Assembly: GCA_963796955.1 (NCBI GenBank)
Contig: CAWCNJ010000004.1
Coordinates: 352,001-416,000 of the forward strand
Direction: 5' to 3'
Origin: Endomicrobiales bacterium
Lineage (GTDB): Bacteria; Elusimicrobiota; Endomicrobiia; Endomicrobiales; JALOBY01
Length of the DNA stretch: 64,000 nucleotides
This document shows, piece after piece, positions 50,448 to 60,809 of this stretch. The translations under genes and the position numbers were made by a program. The notes under the pieces are model-generated. The model was given only the letters and a program-made list of their open reading frames with translations, searched no databases and was not told where the DNA came from. How positions within the stretch are numbered: position 1 is the first letter of the stretch; the number at the start of each line of letters is the position of its first letter.

Positions 50448-50550
50448 AGGTCCTCCGTTGAGTTAGTGAAAATATTCTACCTGATTTTTAGATGTTTGTC
50501 ACGCCTGCAGCCGGTAGATGAGTGGGTATAATAAATGATACAATTTAAAC

Positions 50551-52434
50551 ATGACCTCTAAACGCGTCGCATTAACGATCCTGTCGGTGTTGTCGTTGCT
50601 TTGCGCGTTGAGAGTTCTGTCCCCTATTTTCAAACAATCGGCCACTTTTGACGAGGGCGTGAAGATCGGGGCAGGTTACGCTCAGTTCAAACAGCACTAT
50701 TTTCTGTATGACCACCGCAGCCCTCCTTTTTCCAAGTTCCTTATTTCATGGCCGTTGCTGTTGCTGAACCCGTCCATTCCCGTGCCCGAGCCCGCACTCG
50801 CCGCACAGGATCCCGCGTTTTTTAAAGACCACTTCCCGTTCGGTTATCGGTTCCTTTTCAACAACCGGTTGCCAGCTGATACCATGCTGGTCTACACCCG
50901 GCTGGGCGTTTGGGGTGTATATGCATCAGGCGGGATATTTCTTTTTCTTTTTCTGTATAGAAAATACGGGCTTTCGGCCGCGGCTATCGGCAATGTCTTG
51001 TATTTTCTGTGCCCTGATATCGCGGCCACCGCCGCAGTCGCGACAAGTGACATTCTTGCCATAGTCTTCGCCATACCCGTGGTGATAGCAGCCATATCTC
51101 TATATGAAAACCCATCCCGTAAGAATGCCGTTATTGCCGGGATCGCGCTGGGGCTTGGCGTCTGCACAAAATACTCCCTGCTTATATTCATACCGTTGTT
51201 CGCCTACATCCTTTTTAAATTCTATCTGCGAAAGGCAAAAGCATCGGAACTGGCGGTATACGGTACCATCCTCATTGGCTGCCTGTTGTTCATTATCGAA
51301 GCGAATTATCTTTTCATGGACCCGTCGGCGATCTACGGCATGATACACGAAACCCTGGATGTGGTGACCGGCGCACGGATGTCCTATTTCCTCGGCCAGT
51401 ACACGACCGGCGGCTTCCTGTATTATTTCCCGCTGGCGATACTGCTTAAAACCCCGCTCCCCGTGCTCGCCGCGGCCGCCTATGCCGTGTATTTGTACGT
51501 GACAAAAAAGGGATGCCGCGAACCCGCTGCAGAGATAACGGGCCTGGCGATAGTGCTTTTGGCGGGTGTTTCGATATTTTCAACGCTGGATCTGGGTATA
51601 CGCTATATATTGCCCATTTATCCTCTTGTCTTTCTGTTCATCGCAATAGTCCTGCACCGTTCAGTAGTAGATCACAAAAAGCTGGCGGCTATTTTTCTGT
51701 GTCTCGTTATTTCCAACGTTATGGTACATCCGCATTACCAGTCTTATTTCAATCTGCTGATTGGGAAAAATGAGAATGCCTACAAATATTTCGCCGATTC
51801 AGCCGTCGATTGGGGCCAGGACCTGAAAGAGCTGGGTGAATATCTGAAGAGCGAAGGCAGCCCGGAATTAACGCTCTCATATTTTGGCACCGCGAGCCCG
51901 AACTACTACGGTATTCAATATCAGAACCTTGAATCCAACGGTTTGGACGCAGTCTATGATAATACCCGGTACCGGCAGATCAACAGCGACACCCCGAGAA
52001 GGGAACTGCTTGCGGTCTCGGCGACCTGCCGTATTGGCGTTGACTACCCGAACCACCATTGGTTCGATTTCCTGAACGAACTTAAACCCATAAGGGTCAT
52101 TGGAAACTCCATATTCGTTTATGACATAACCGGCAACGTCAGCACATATAAACATATCGCGCAGATCTATTACGAAAGCAGGCATCAGGTGCATCTGCTG
52201 CGGTGCGGCAGGGTCATAGCAGGTCTTGATCCAGCCGATCCGTTCGGAAAGTCCGCCGTCGAGGCCTCGCAGGCAAAATACCGGACGTATTACGATCTTG
52301 GCGTACGCTACGAAAGATCGCATGATCTTACCAACGCCCGTAAGGCTTACATTGCGGCCCTTGCCTTTAAGCCGGGCGACGCGCAGGCTATCGCCGGTCT
52401 TCAAGATGTTCAAGCATCCAAAGAGGTTAAATGA
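50551..52434 (+). CDS. GT-C fold membrane glycosyltransferase (GT39/PMT-like) with C-terminal TPR
   Basis: SATFDE, many TM helices, KTPLP, RYILP, DS..DWGQ; terminal TPR. Confidence 0.82.
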   Translation: MTSKRVALTILSVLSLLCALRVLSPIFKQSATFDEGVKIGAGYAQFKQHYFLYDHRSPPFSKFLISWPLLLLNPSIPVPEPALAAQDPAFFKDHFPFGYRFLFNNRLPADTMLVYTRLGVWGVYASGGIFLFLFLYRKYGLSAAAIGNVLYFLCPDIAATAAVATSDILAIVFAIPVVIAAISLYENPSRKNAVIAGIALGLGVCTKYSLLIFIPLFAYILFKFYLRKAKASELAVYGTILIGCLLFIIEANYLFMDPSAIYGMIHETLDVVTGARMSYFLGQYTTGGFLYYFPLAILLKTPLPVLAAAAYAVYLYVTKKGCREPAAEITGLAIVLLAGVSIFSTLDLGIRYILPIYPLVFLFIAIVLHRSVVDHKKLAAIFLCLVISNVMVHPHYQSYFNLLIGKNENAYKYFADSAVDWGQDLKELGEYLKSEGSPELTLSYFGTASPNYYGIQYQNLESNGLDAVYDNTRYRQINSDTPRRELLAVSATCRIGVDYPNHHWFDFLNELKPIRVIGNSIFVYDITGNVSTYKHIAQIYYESRHQVHLLRCGRVIAGLDPADPFGKSAVEASQAKYRTYYDLGVRYERSHDLTNARKAYIAALAFKPGDAQAIAGLQDVQASKEVK

Positions 52435-54689
52435 ACAAACGTAATATCTTTATATTTATTTTAGCTCTTGCCGTGGCAAGCAGCTTCAGATTAGTAGTGC
52501 CGTTGGTGCGCCAATCCGCGACCTTTGACGAGCCCTTTAAAATAGCTTCTGCCTATCTGCTGGTAAAAGACGGCGCTTTCGATTACGCCACCTGGGACCC
52601 GCAGATAATCTTCAACCCGCCGCTTTATAAATACCTGATCGCCCTGCCCCTGCGCTTGCTGGATCCTGAGATACCCCGCCCTTCTCCTCAGATGGAGATG
52701 AAGGGCCGCCCCGGCTATTTCGCGAACGCCTTCGCCTTCGGCTATCGCTTCCTGCACGAGAACAGGGTACCCGCTCAAAAACTGCTTATCTATAGCCGCG
52801 TCAGTTCTCTGGCGCTCTATATTGCGGGCGGCATTTTGTTGTTCTTCCTGCTTAAGATCCTTTTCGGCGCGGAGCCCGCCCTGATATTTATGGTATTATA
52901 TTTTCTATGTCCGAACCTGGCGGCCTCGGCGGTCCTCGCGACCAACGATATCCATGCCGCGGTGCTTGCCGTTGTGTACACCGCGCTATTGCTGCTGTTC
53001 ATGAAAAAGCCCGGCCGCCTCTACACTGTCTTGATAGCTGCTGCCTTTACCCTCGGTATCTGCACAAAGGTCACGTTTGTTTTGCTTGCTCCCTTATACG
53101 CGGTCGCGTTGGTGCTTATGTTCCGACATAAAAAAGTTACGCCCCGCCAGGCTGCTATATTTACGGCCTACGCCGCCATAACCTGCGCCCTTCTGCTTGA
53201 AATAATATTCCAGTTCCTGGAACCCGCCGCTATTATCGGTATGTTCAACAGCGCCATGCACATAACGGGCATCAAACTGCTCTATTACGCCCTCGGCAAA
53301 TATTCTTTTGAGGGATTTTCCTATTACTTTCCGCTCGCGTTTTTGCTGAAAACTCCGCTGCCGGTGCTCGCGCTGCTGGGGTACAGCCTCTACCTTATTT
53401 ATCGCGAGAAGGCATATAAGGAAGATGCCGTCATTATTATTTTCGCCGGTATACTTACTTTCTTAATAACAGGTATCAACTCCCGCTTGAACGCCGGCCT
53501 CCGGTATATATTGCCCGTGTACCCGCTATCCTTTATGCTGATAGCAGCAGCCATGCGCTACAAGCCGAAGATGCGCCTTGAACTTGCGGGTTCCTTGCTG
53601 GCCGCCCTGCTGGTCTCAAACTTTCTGGTCCACCCGCACTACCAATCTTATTTCAACGTGCTGATAGGAAAAAATGACAACGCCTATAAATATCTAGTCG
53701 ATTCTTCTCTGGACTGGGGGGAGAACGTTGGTGACCTGGCGAAGTATTTGAACGAGACCGGCTCGCCGGAACTGCTGCTTTCATATTTCGGCAGCGCCGA
53801 TCCCGCTTCCTACGGCATTACCTATCAGGACCTGGGCTGCGACGGCCTGGACCTGGCGCAGGACGATAAGCGCTTCATGCACGTAAACTCCGACAACCCC
53901 GCGAAAGAATACTGGGCCGTTTCCGCCACCAGCCTGGTCGGCTTAAATTATCCCGACCACAACTGGTTCGCCTTCCTTAAAGACCGCGAGCCGGTAAAAG
54001 TGATAGGCAGCAACATCTTTATTTATGATATTACCGGCAACGCTGCCATTCACCGCAGCATTGCGGGGGTATATCTGCAGATGGGCCGCATGGCACAATT
54101 TCTGCGGGAAGGCCGCACCATCCTTGCGCGCGCACCCGGTGATACTCTGGGCATGCTGTGTCTTTCGATCTCTGAATACGGCCGCGACAAAGCCAAAGCC
54201 GCCGATATCCTGAAAGGAACAGCGCTTACGCCGGCCACCCTGGTCGCCGATAACGCCCTTCCAATGAATGCTGCCATGACCTACACCGGCATCATGGTAC
54301 AAAACAAAGATTTCAAATCCGCCCACGCCTTGATTACCAGACTGCTTGACGCCAAGATCTCACCATACGAGACCCGTTTGTATAATTTAAACGGCGTCGC
54401 CTACCTGCGGGAAAAAGACCTCCCAAAAGCAAAAGAGAATTTCGAAAAAGCGATAAACAACGAACCAACCTATCCGGTTTCATACTACAACCTCGGCCTG
54501 GTATCTGAAAAATCGGGTAACCTGGAACAGTCAGTTGGTTTATACCGCAAAGCCCTGGCCTACAACCCAAAGTTTGTCCCTGCGCTTAGAAAACTGCGTG
54601 CCCTGCAACAACAATATTCCAAGAACCATCCCGCTCCCCAGCGCCCAGAAGGCTCTGCGATCGCTCCTGATTCTGAAATGTTGCAATAG
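52431..54689 (+). CDS. GT-C fold membrane glycosyltransferase (GT39/PMT-like) with C-terminal TPRs; paralog of the upstream gene
   Basis: Same motifs (SATFDE, YYFPLA.LLKTPLP, HPHYQSYFN.LIGKN, DWG), plus TPRs (YYNLGL). Confidence 0.82.
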   Translation: MNKRNIFIFILALAVASSFRLVVPLVRQSATFDEPFKIASAYLLVKDGAFDYATWDPQIIFNPPLYKYLIALPLRLLDPEIPRPSPQMEMKGRPGYFANAFAFGYRFLHENRVPAQKLLIYSRVSSLALYIAGGILLFFLLKILFGAEPALIFMVLYFLCPNLAASAVLATNDIHAAVLAVVYTALLLLFMKKPGRLYTVLIAAAFTLGICTKVTFVLLAPLYAVALVLMFRHKKVTPRQAAIFTAYAAITCALLLEIIFQFLEPAAIIGMFNSAMHITGIKLLYYALGKYSFEGFSYYFPLAFLLKTPLPVLALLGYSLYLIYREKAYKEDAVIIIFAGILTFLITGINSRLNAGLRYILPVYPLSFMLIAAAMRYKPKMRLELAGSLLAALLVSNFLVHPHYQSYFNVLIGKNDNAYKYLVDSSLDWGENVGDLAKYLNETGSPELLLSYFGSADPASYGITYQDLGCDGLDLAQDDKRFMHVNSDNPAKEYWAVSATSLVGLNYPDHNWFAFLKDREPVKVIGSNIFIYDITGNAAIHRSIAGVYLQMGRMAQFLREGRTILARAPGDTLGMLCLSISEYGRDKAKAADILKGTALTPATLVADNALPMNAAMTYTGIMVQNKDFKSAHALITRLLDAKISPYETRLYNLNGVAYLREKDLPKAKENFEKAINNEPTYPVSYYNLGLVSEKSGNLEQSVGLYRKALAYNPKFVPALRKLRALQQQYSKNHPAPQRPEGSAIAPDSEMLQ

Positions 54690-54714
54690 TTACGTCTTTC
54701 TGCTGGGTTGACTC

Positions 54715-56061
54715 TTAGCTCAGGATTTCTAGGATGCTCTTTTTGACGATATTGACCATGCGGGATATTTCCGGATTGGTAATGGTTATTGGTGGCATAA
54801 GCACAAGGGTATTGCCGAGGGGGCGGATGATAAGGCCTTTGGGGCGGCATGCTGCGCAGATACGGGCACCGATCCTTTCTTTAGCGGGGAAATCTTTCAG
54901 CGTAATGCGGTCCTTTGCAAGTTCAATTCCAGCCATTAAACCAACTTGCCTTACATCAACGACATTCGGCAAATCCTTAAGTGAAGTAAGTTGCTTTCCC
55001 AGGTGTTCTACCTTGGCCGGCAGGCTTTCAATAATTCTGTCTTTCTTAAGGATGTTGATGGTTGCAATGGCAGCGGCGCAGGCAAGCGGATTTGCTGTGT
55101 ATGTGTGGCCATGAAAAAAAGTTTTAAATTCCTCGTAACATCCTAAAAAACCTTGGTATATCTTTTCATCGGTCAGGGTAACGGCAAGAGGCAGGTAGCC
55201 TCCCGTGATGCCTTTTGAAAGGCACATGAAATCGGGCTTAACGCCTTCCTGCTGGCAGGCAAACAATGTTCCTGTCCTACCAAAACCCGTTGCCACTTCA
55301 TCGGCTATTAGCAATATTCCATATTTTCTGCAAAGTGCGGCGAATGCCTTAAGATATCCCGTAGGCATTTTTATCATACCGCCTGCCGCTTGCATAAGCG
55401 GCTCAATAATAGCTGCTGCTATATTTCTTCCGTTAGTTTGTAATATCCTTTCTACGTCCTGAAGGCACTGATGCTTGCAATTCCCCTGGTGTTTGCAGCG
55501 CAGGCAGTAAGGCGACTGCGCAAAGTGTGTTTTAAAGAACAGCGGCCCGAATTTGGCGTGGTATATATCGATGCCGCCGACGGCTGAGGCACCGATCGTG
55601 TCGCCATGGTAGGCGTTGCGCAGGGCAAGAAAAGTTGTTTTACCTTTGTGGCCTGTTTGCAGCCAATACTGATACGCCATTTTAAGAGCTATCTCAACGG
55701 CGGTAGAGCCGTTGTCGGAATAATAGACTCGGGAAAAACCTTTTGGCGCGATAGCAATGAGCATTTGTGAAAGTACGGCGGCGGGTTCGTGCGTAAGACC
55801 AAGGAACGTGGTGTGCGCAACCTTGTCCAACTGTGTTTTTATTGCCTTGGTTATCGCAGGGTGGCGGTGGCCAAGCAGATTGCACCAGAGAGAGGAAACT
55901 CCGTCTATATATCTTTTGCCGTCAGTGTCGTAAAGATAAATACCTTTAGCACGGCTTATGGCCAGAACAGGGGAGGGCGCGTCTTTCGCCCAATCGGCCA
56001 TCTGGGTGAACGGGTGCCAATTATATTTTTTGTCGAGCGCTACGATCTCTTTTGAATTCAC
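54715..56061 (-). CDS. bioA: Adenosylmethionine-8-amino-7-oxononanoate aminotransferase
   Basis: WHPFTQM, DGVSSLW, YHGDT, ADEVATGFGRTG, SKGITGGYLP, HGHTY. Confidence 0.96.
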   Translation of the reverse strand: MNSKEIVALDKKYNWHPFTQMADWAKDAPSPVLAISRAKGIYLYDTDGKRYIDGVSSLWCNLLGHRHPAITKAIKTQLDKVAHTTFLGLTHEPAAVLSQMLIAIAPKGFSRVYYSDNGSTAVEIALKMAYQYWLQTGHKGKTTFLALRNAYHGDTIGASAVGGIDIYHAKFGPLFFKTHFAQSPYCLRCKHQGNCKHQCLQDVERILQTNGRNIAAAIIEPLMQAAGGMIKMPTGYLKAFAALCRKYGILLIADEVATGFGRTGTLFACQQEGVKPDFMCLSKGITGGYLPLAVTLTDEKIYQGFLGCYEEFKTFFHGHTYTANPLACAAAIATINILKKDRIIESLPAKVEHLGKQLTSLKDLPNVVDVRQVGLMAGIELAKDRITLKDFPAKERIGARICAACRPKGLIIRPLGNTLVLMPPITITNPEISRMVNIVKKSILEILS

Positions 56062-56071
56062 AGGGGATGTG

Positions 56072-56765
<694 letters not shown>

Positions 56766-56771
56766 GATACC

Positions 56772-57791
56772 TTATCTAAAAATAATTATAGTCGATATGT
56801 AACCCAGGTAAAACAGCCCCAGAAAAAGCGCTGTGTAAGGTGATAACTTTTTACGGAATTTAACTTCGGCCAACATGATCAACGCTGATGAAAGGGCTAT
56901 TATCGCCGATAACAACGGAAGGCCTTTTACCTGCCAGTCGGTAAGGAGCAATCCTACTGAAACGGGGAACGTCGCCTGAAATACCATGGCTCCCGTAATA
57001 TTGCACATCGCCAACGTGTCTTTGTTCTTCAGTGTCCAGGTTATGGAGTTGAATTTTTCAGGCAGCTCGGTGGCAATGGGTGCGACGATCAAAGCGAAAA
57101 GCATCGGGTCAAAACCGAAATAAGCACAAACGTCAGATATCGAGTTTACAAAAACCTGGGCGCTGCCGACCATGATAGCCAGGGTGGAAACTCCCTGGAT
57201 TATTATCAGCCACATCCGGCTGTGTTCGGGCTCGGCCATTCCTAACTTCCCGAGTAAATTGCTAAGGTGCAGGTTGCCGTCATGCTCTACATCCGCGCTG
57301 TCGGCTTTCGCGGTTAAGTGAATGTAGTAGCCGTAGCCAAGGATAAGTAGAACAGCCAAAGGTATTTTTATGGAGTGCCCGAGTACCATCGGAAGAAGAA
57401 CGGCTGAGCCGTACAGGATAACAAAGAACGTCAGATCCCTTTGAACGGATCTGTATTCCAGGTTCAACGAAAATTTGCGGCGGCCTAATAAATAGGTTAC
57501 CAGCGCGGTCACGCCGACAAGGCAGGTGGTAAGCGTTGACAGCATGAACGGGGCGCCGAGAATAGCGCCGACACCGATCTGATCGCTGGTCTCTTTTGAG
57601 TCCATCAGTATGGCCACGAGCGGCAATATGGTTTCCGGTAAGGCGGTACCGACAGCCGCGAACACGCTGCCGACAACAGCCTGCGACAATTCCAGTTTTC
57701 TGCCAAGGGCCTCAACCGAATTCGTAAATCCCTCGGCGGCGGCAAGGATGGCAAGAAGGCTGACGATCAGCAGCACTATCGAAAATAGCAC
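56772..57791 (-). CDS. Ca2+:cation antiporter (CaCA / sodium:calcium exchanger family)
   Basis: Two alpha-repeats GTALPE and ATELPE, about 10 TM helices. GTG 57791 follows a GGAG that overlaps the end of bioF. Confidence 0.85.
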   Translation of the reverse strand: MLFSIVLLIVSLLAILAAAEGFTNSVEALGRKLELSQAVVGSVFAAVGTALPETILPLVAILMDSKETSDQIGVGAILGAPFMLSTLTTCLVGVTALVTYLLGRRKFSLNLEYRSVQRDLTFFVILYGSAVLLPMVLGHSIKIPLAVLLILGYGYYIHLTAKADSADVEHDGNLHLSNLLGKLGMAEPEHSRMWLIIIQGVSTLAIMVGSAQVFVNSISDVCAYFGFDPMLFALIVAPIATELPEKFNSITWTLKNKDTLAMCNITGAMVFQATFPVSVGLLLTDWQVKGLPLLSAIIALSSALIMLAEVKFRKKLSPYTALFLGLFYLGYISTIIIFR

Positions 57792-57793
57792 GG

Positions 57794-58905
57794 TTACTCC
57801 TTGATCAGACCTATCAACGTATCGATATGTTCGTCGGTGTGGTCGGCGGTTACGGAAAAGCGTATGCGGCACTGGCCGTCGGGCACCGTGGGCGTCCGGA
57901 TGGCCGGCGCGTATATAGTATGCTCTTGCAGCAAACCGGCTAACTCCTGCGCGCTCGCCGCGGTCCCTGTTATAAGGGGGATGATCTGGCTTTGGCTTCC
58001 GGCTATGTTTTTACCGGCGAGAGTGAAAGCTTCTCGTACGCGTCGAGCGTTAGAAAGCACCCGCGCTCTCAAATTCGGTTCTGTTTTGATTATCTCGATG
58101 GCTTTCAACGCCGCTGCCGCGTTCGCCGGAGCCAGGGCGGTGGTATAAATAAATGAACGGGATTTGTTGATCAGATAGTCCACAAGTTCCGTGGAACCGC
58201 AGACGTACGCTCCCTGCGAGCCTATTGCCTTGGAAAGCGTTCCCATTATTATATCAATTTTTTCGCTGAGATTGAACTGCTCCGCAAGGCCCGCGCCATT
58301 CGCCCCGAAAAGGCCGGTGGCGTGCGCTTCATCAACCATGGTCAACGCCCCGTACATCGCAGCAAGTTCGACGATACTATCAAGCGGTGCCATGTCGCCG
58401 TCCATGGAAAAGAGTGTGTCGGTTATCACAACCTTCTTTTTATAGCCTTTGGCCCGTTTGAGCACTTTTTCAAGGCTGTTCATGTCGGTATGTGCGTACG
58501 GGAATATGCGGGCGCCCGAAAGTTTCGCGCCGTCCCAGAGGGATGCGTGGTCGAGGCGATCCATAATAATGCAATCGCCGCTGTTGAACAGAGAACTGAT
58601 TATGCCAAGGTTCGCCTGATAACCGCTGGGGTACACCAGCGCCGCCGGTGTGTATTTGAAGGCCGCCAGTTCCTCTTCCAATTGCCGGTGTATCGCCATA
58701 GTGCCGGAAATAAGGCGGGAAGAAGTGCCGCCGGTCCCGAAGGTGTGCAGGGCATCAACAGCAGCAGCGATCATTTTGGGGTGGTGGGAAAGGCCCAGGT
58801 AGTCGTTCGAGGAAAAATGTATGTCTGCCGGTCGCGCGTGTCTAAGGGTGCGGTACAATCCTATCGTTTTAGCTGCTCCAATTCCTGGCGCATGAAGTTT
58901 TGCAC
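57794..58905 (-). CDS. bioF: 8-amino-7-oxononanoate synthase (apparent 1-bp frameshift at 58867-58870)
   Basis: SSNDYLGL, SGYQAN, HASL.DG, FSMDGD, DEAHA, TLSKA. One extra A restores the N-terminus (GTG)QNFMRQELEQLKTIGLYRTLR. Confidence 0.93.
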
Positions 58906-58913
58906 GGATAGCC

Positions 58914-60044
58914 TCAAAGTCTGCGCGCGCTCAGCACGCCGATCTGGCCGCCGAAGCCGAAGGAGAGCGACATAGCGGTTGTGACGGCGCGGCGGCGGCT
59001 TAAGTGCGGCGTATAGTCAAGATCGCAGTCAGGGTCGGCAAAATGCAGGTTCAGTGTCGGGGGAATGGTGTTATCCCGCATGGCAAGCAAAGAAATGCCG
59101 AACTCTACGGCGCCCGAAGCGCCAAGCAGATGGCCGGTCGCGGCCTTTGTGGATGATACGGAAATGCCCGCTGCGTTCTCGCCAAAAGCCTGTTTGATCG
59201 CCAGTGATTCGGCCCGGTCGTTTTGTGTTGTCGCGGTGCCGTGGGCGTTAATATAGTCCACCGTGGTTTGGCCGGTCATTTTAAGGGCGTTGCTGATAGC
59301 GCCGGAGATGCTTGTACCATCCGGTGTGAACGAGCAGGGCATATGGATATCGTTAGCCATCGCCCAGCCGTTAAGTATGCCATACACCTTCGAGCCCCTC
59401 AGCAAGGCGTGGTGTTTGTTCTCCAGTATCAAAATGCCGGCGCCTTCGCCTATGGCGAAACCCTGGCGGTTCCTGTCAAAAGGCCGCACCTGGTCTTTTG
59501 CCAGCACGCCCATCTTGTTAAAGCCGGCTATGTATAACGGGTGCAGGGAAGATTCCGCGGCGCCGGCGATAACCACATCGCACACACCATCGCGTATCCA
59601 CTGGGCGCCCAGCATTATGGAATGTGTTCCGGTCGCGCAGGCGGCGCTGATAGAGCGCAGGGGGCCGCGCAGCTTCAATATTCTGTAGAGCTGTTCGCCG
59701 ACGGCGCCCGGATAGTAGGCTTCATTAAAGGGGATACTGCGGACATCTGAACTCGCTAAGTTTGGTTTGCTGGCGCTTACGGTGCATCCTATGCGGGCGG
59801 CCGCGATCTCATGCAAATTCATCTTTGCATCATCAACGGCCTCAGCCGCCGCCAGAAAGCTCATGGAGAGCAGGCGCAGTTCGGGGGGAAAAGACAGACC
59901 CTCGACAGAGGCCGAAACAATGCCCGGAAAAAGAGGATTATCCTTAACGGCGCTCGCTGAGGCAGTAAGCGCGGCCCAGGTCTTTTCCCGGCCAATGCCA
60001 AGCGGCGTCACCATCCCAATACCTGTTATCGCTACTTCGTTCAT
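58914..60044 (-). CDS. Beta-ketoacyl-ACP synthase (FabF/FabB-like) within the bio operon
   Basis: Cys-His-His triad (AACATG, YINAHGTAT, TGHLLGA), RPFD, GEGAG, SFGFGG. ATG 60044 after AAGGA. Confidence 0.9.
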   Translation of the reverse strand: MNEVAITGIGMVTPLGIGREKTWAALTASASAVKDNPLFPGIVSASVEGLSFPPELRLLSMSFLAAAEAVDDAKMNLHEIAAARIGCTVSASKPNLASSDVRSIPFNEAYYPGAVGEQLYRILKLRGPLRSISAACATGTHSIMLGAQWIRDGVCDVVIAGAAESSLHPLYIAGFNKMGVLAKDQVRPFDRNRQGFAIGEGAGILILENKHHALLRGSKVYGILNGWAMANDIHMPCSFTPDGTSISGAISNALKMTGQTTVDYINAHGTATTQNDRAESLAIKQAFGENAAGISVSSTKAATGHLLGASGAVEFGISLLAMRDNTIPPTLNLHFADPDCDLDYTPHLSRRRAVTTAMSLSFGFGGQIGVLSARRL

Positions 60045-60077
60045 AATTTCCTTTACGACCATTCGCAATCGCTCATA

Positions 60078-60809
60078 CTACAACAGCCTTGAATCCCAAT
60101 TAAAAGTTTGACCCGAAATTGTTTTTGTTGACGCCAGCATTACTACGAACTGTGCCAGTTCGTGTATATCTGTTGTCGTTTTGAGTACGCTGTCTTCCCT
60201 GCTTTGTTTTATATAATTTTCGCTGGCATGAGCGCCCATGCCGGACAGGTGAAAGCCGGGCATTACGGAGTTGACGCTAATTCCGTGTTCACCGAGCTCA
60301 ACAGCTGCTTGCCTGCTTAGTTCAATAAGCGCGCCTTTCGCGGCGGCATAATTGGCCGAGCCCGCCATGCCTTTGATGCCGCCTATGGAAGCAATGTTTA
60401 TTATGTTGCCGGAGTTTTGAGAGATCATAGCCGGGGCGCAGGCGCGGATCATGTTCCAGGGGCCCTTCAGGTCTGTCTCTACTACCAGGTCCCAATGCGC
60501 CTCGTCCATCCTTGAGAGGGAAGAATTATGGCATACGCCGGCGTTGTTGATAAGGGCGTCGATACGTCCGTACTCATCTAAAACAGATTCTATCATTTTA
60601 TGTACCGTATTTGAATTCGAAACATCCGCCTGAAACGGTTTCGCTGTGCCGCCGAGCGTCTTGATCTTCCGGCAGAGAGCTTCCGCCTGTTCCGCCGAGG
60701 TGTGATAGTTTACCGTTACCGCCCATCCTGTCCGGGCAAATGTTTCAGCCAAAGAGCTGCCGATACCCCGGGCTGCGCCGGTAATAATGACCGTTTTCGC
60801 ATTATTCAT
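60078..60809 (-). CDS. SDR oxidoreductase (FabG-like) within the bio operon
   Basis: TGAARGIG, NNAG, NIAS, YAAAK; overlaps the bioB stop. Confidence 0.88.
   Translation of the reverse strand: MNNAKTVIITGAARGIGSSLAETFARTGWAVTVNYHTSAEQAEALCRKIKTLGGTAKPFQADVSNSNTVHKMIESVLDEYGRIDALINNAGVCHNSSLSRMDEAHWDLVVETDLKGPWNMIRACAPAMISQNSGNIINIASIGGIKGMAGSANYAAAKGALIELSRQAAVELGEHGISVNSVMPGFHLSGMGAHASENYIKQSREDSVLKTTTDIHELAQFVVMLASTKTISGQTFNWDSRLL

Noticed and set aside
58859..58905. TAG read-through (pyrrolysine or recoding) at the bioF N-terminus
   Set aside because: The TAG is out of frame with the rest of bioF; a single-base deletion explains it.
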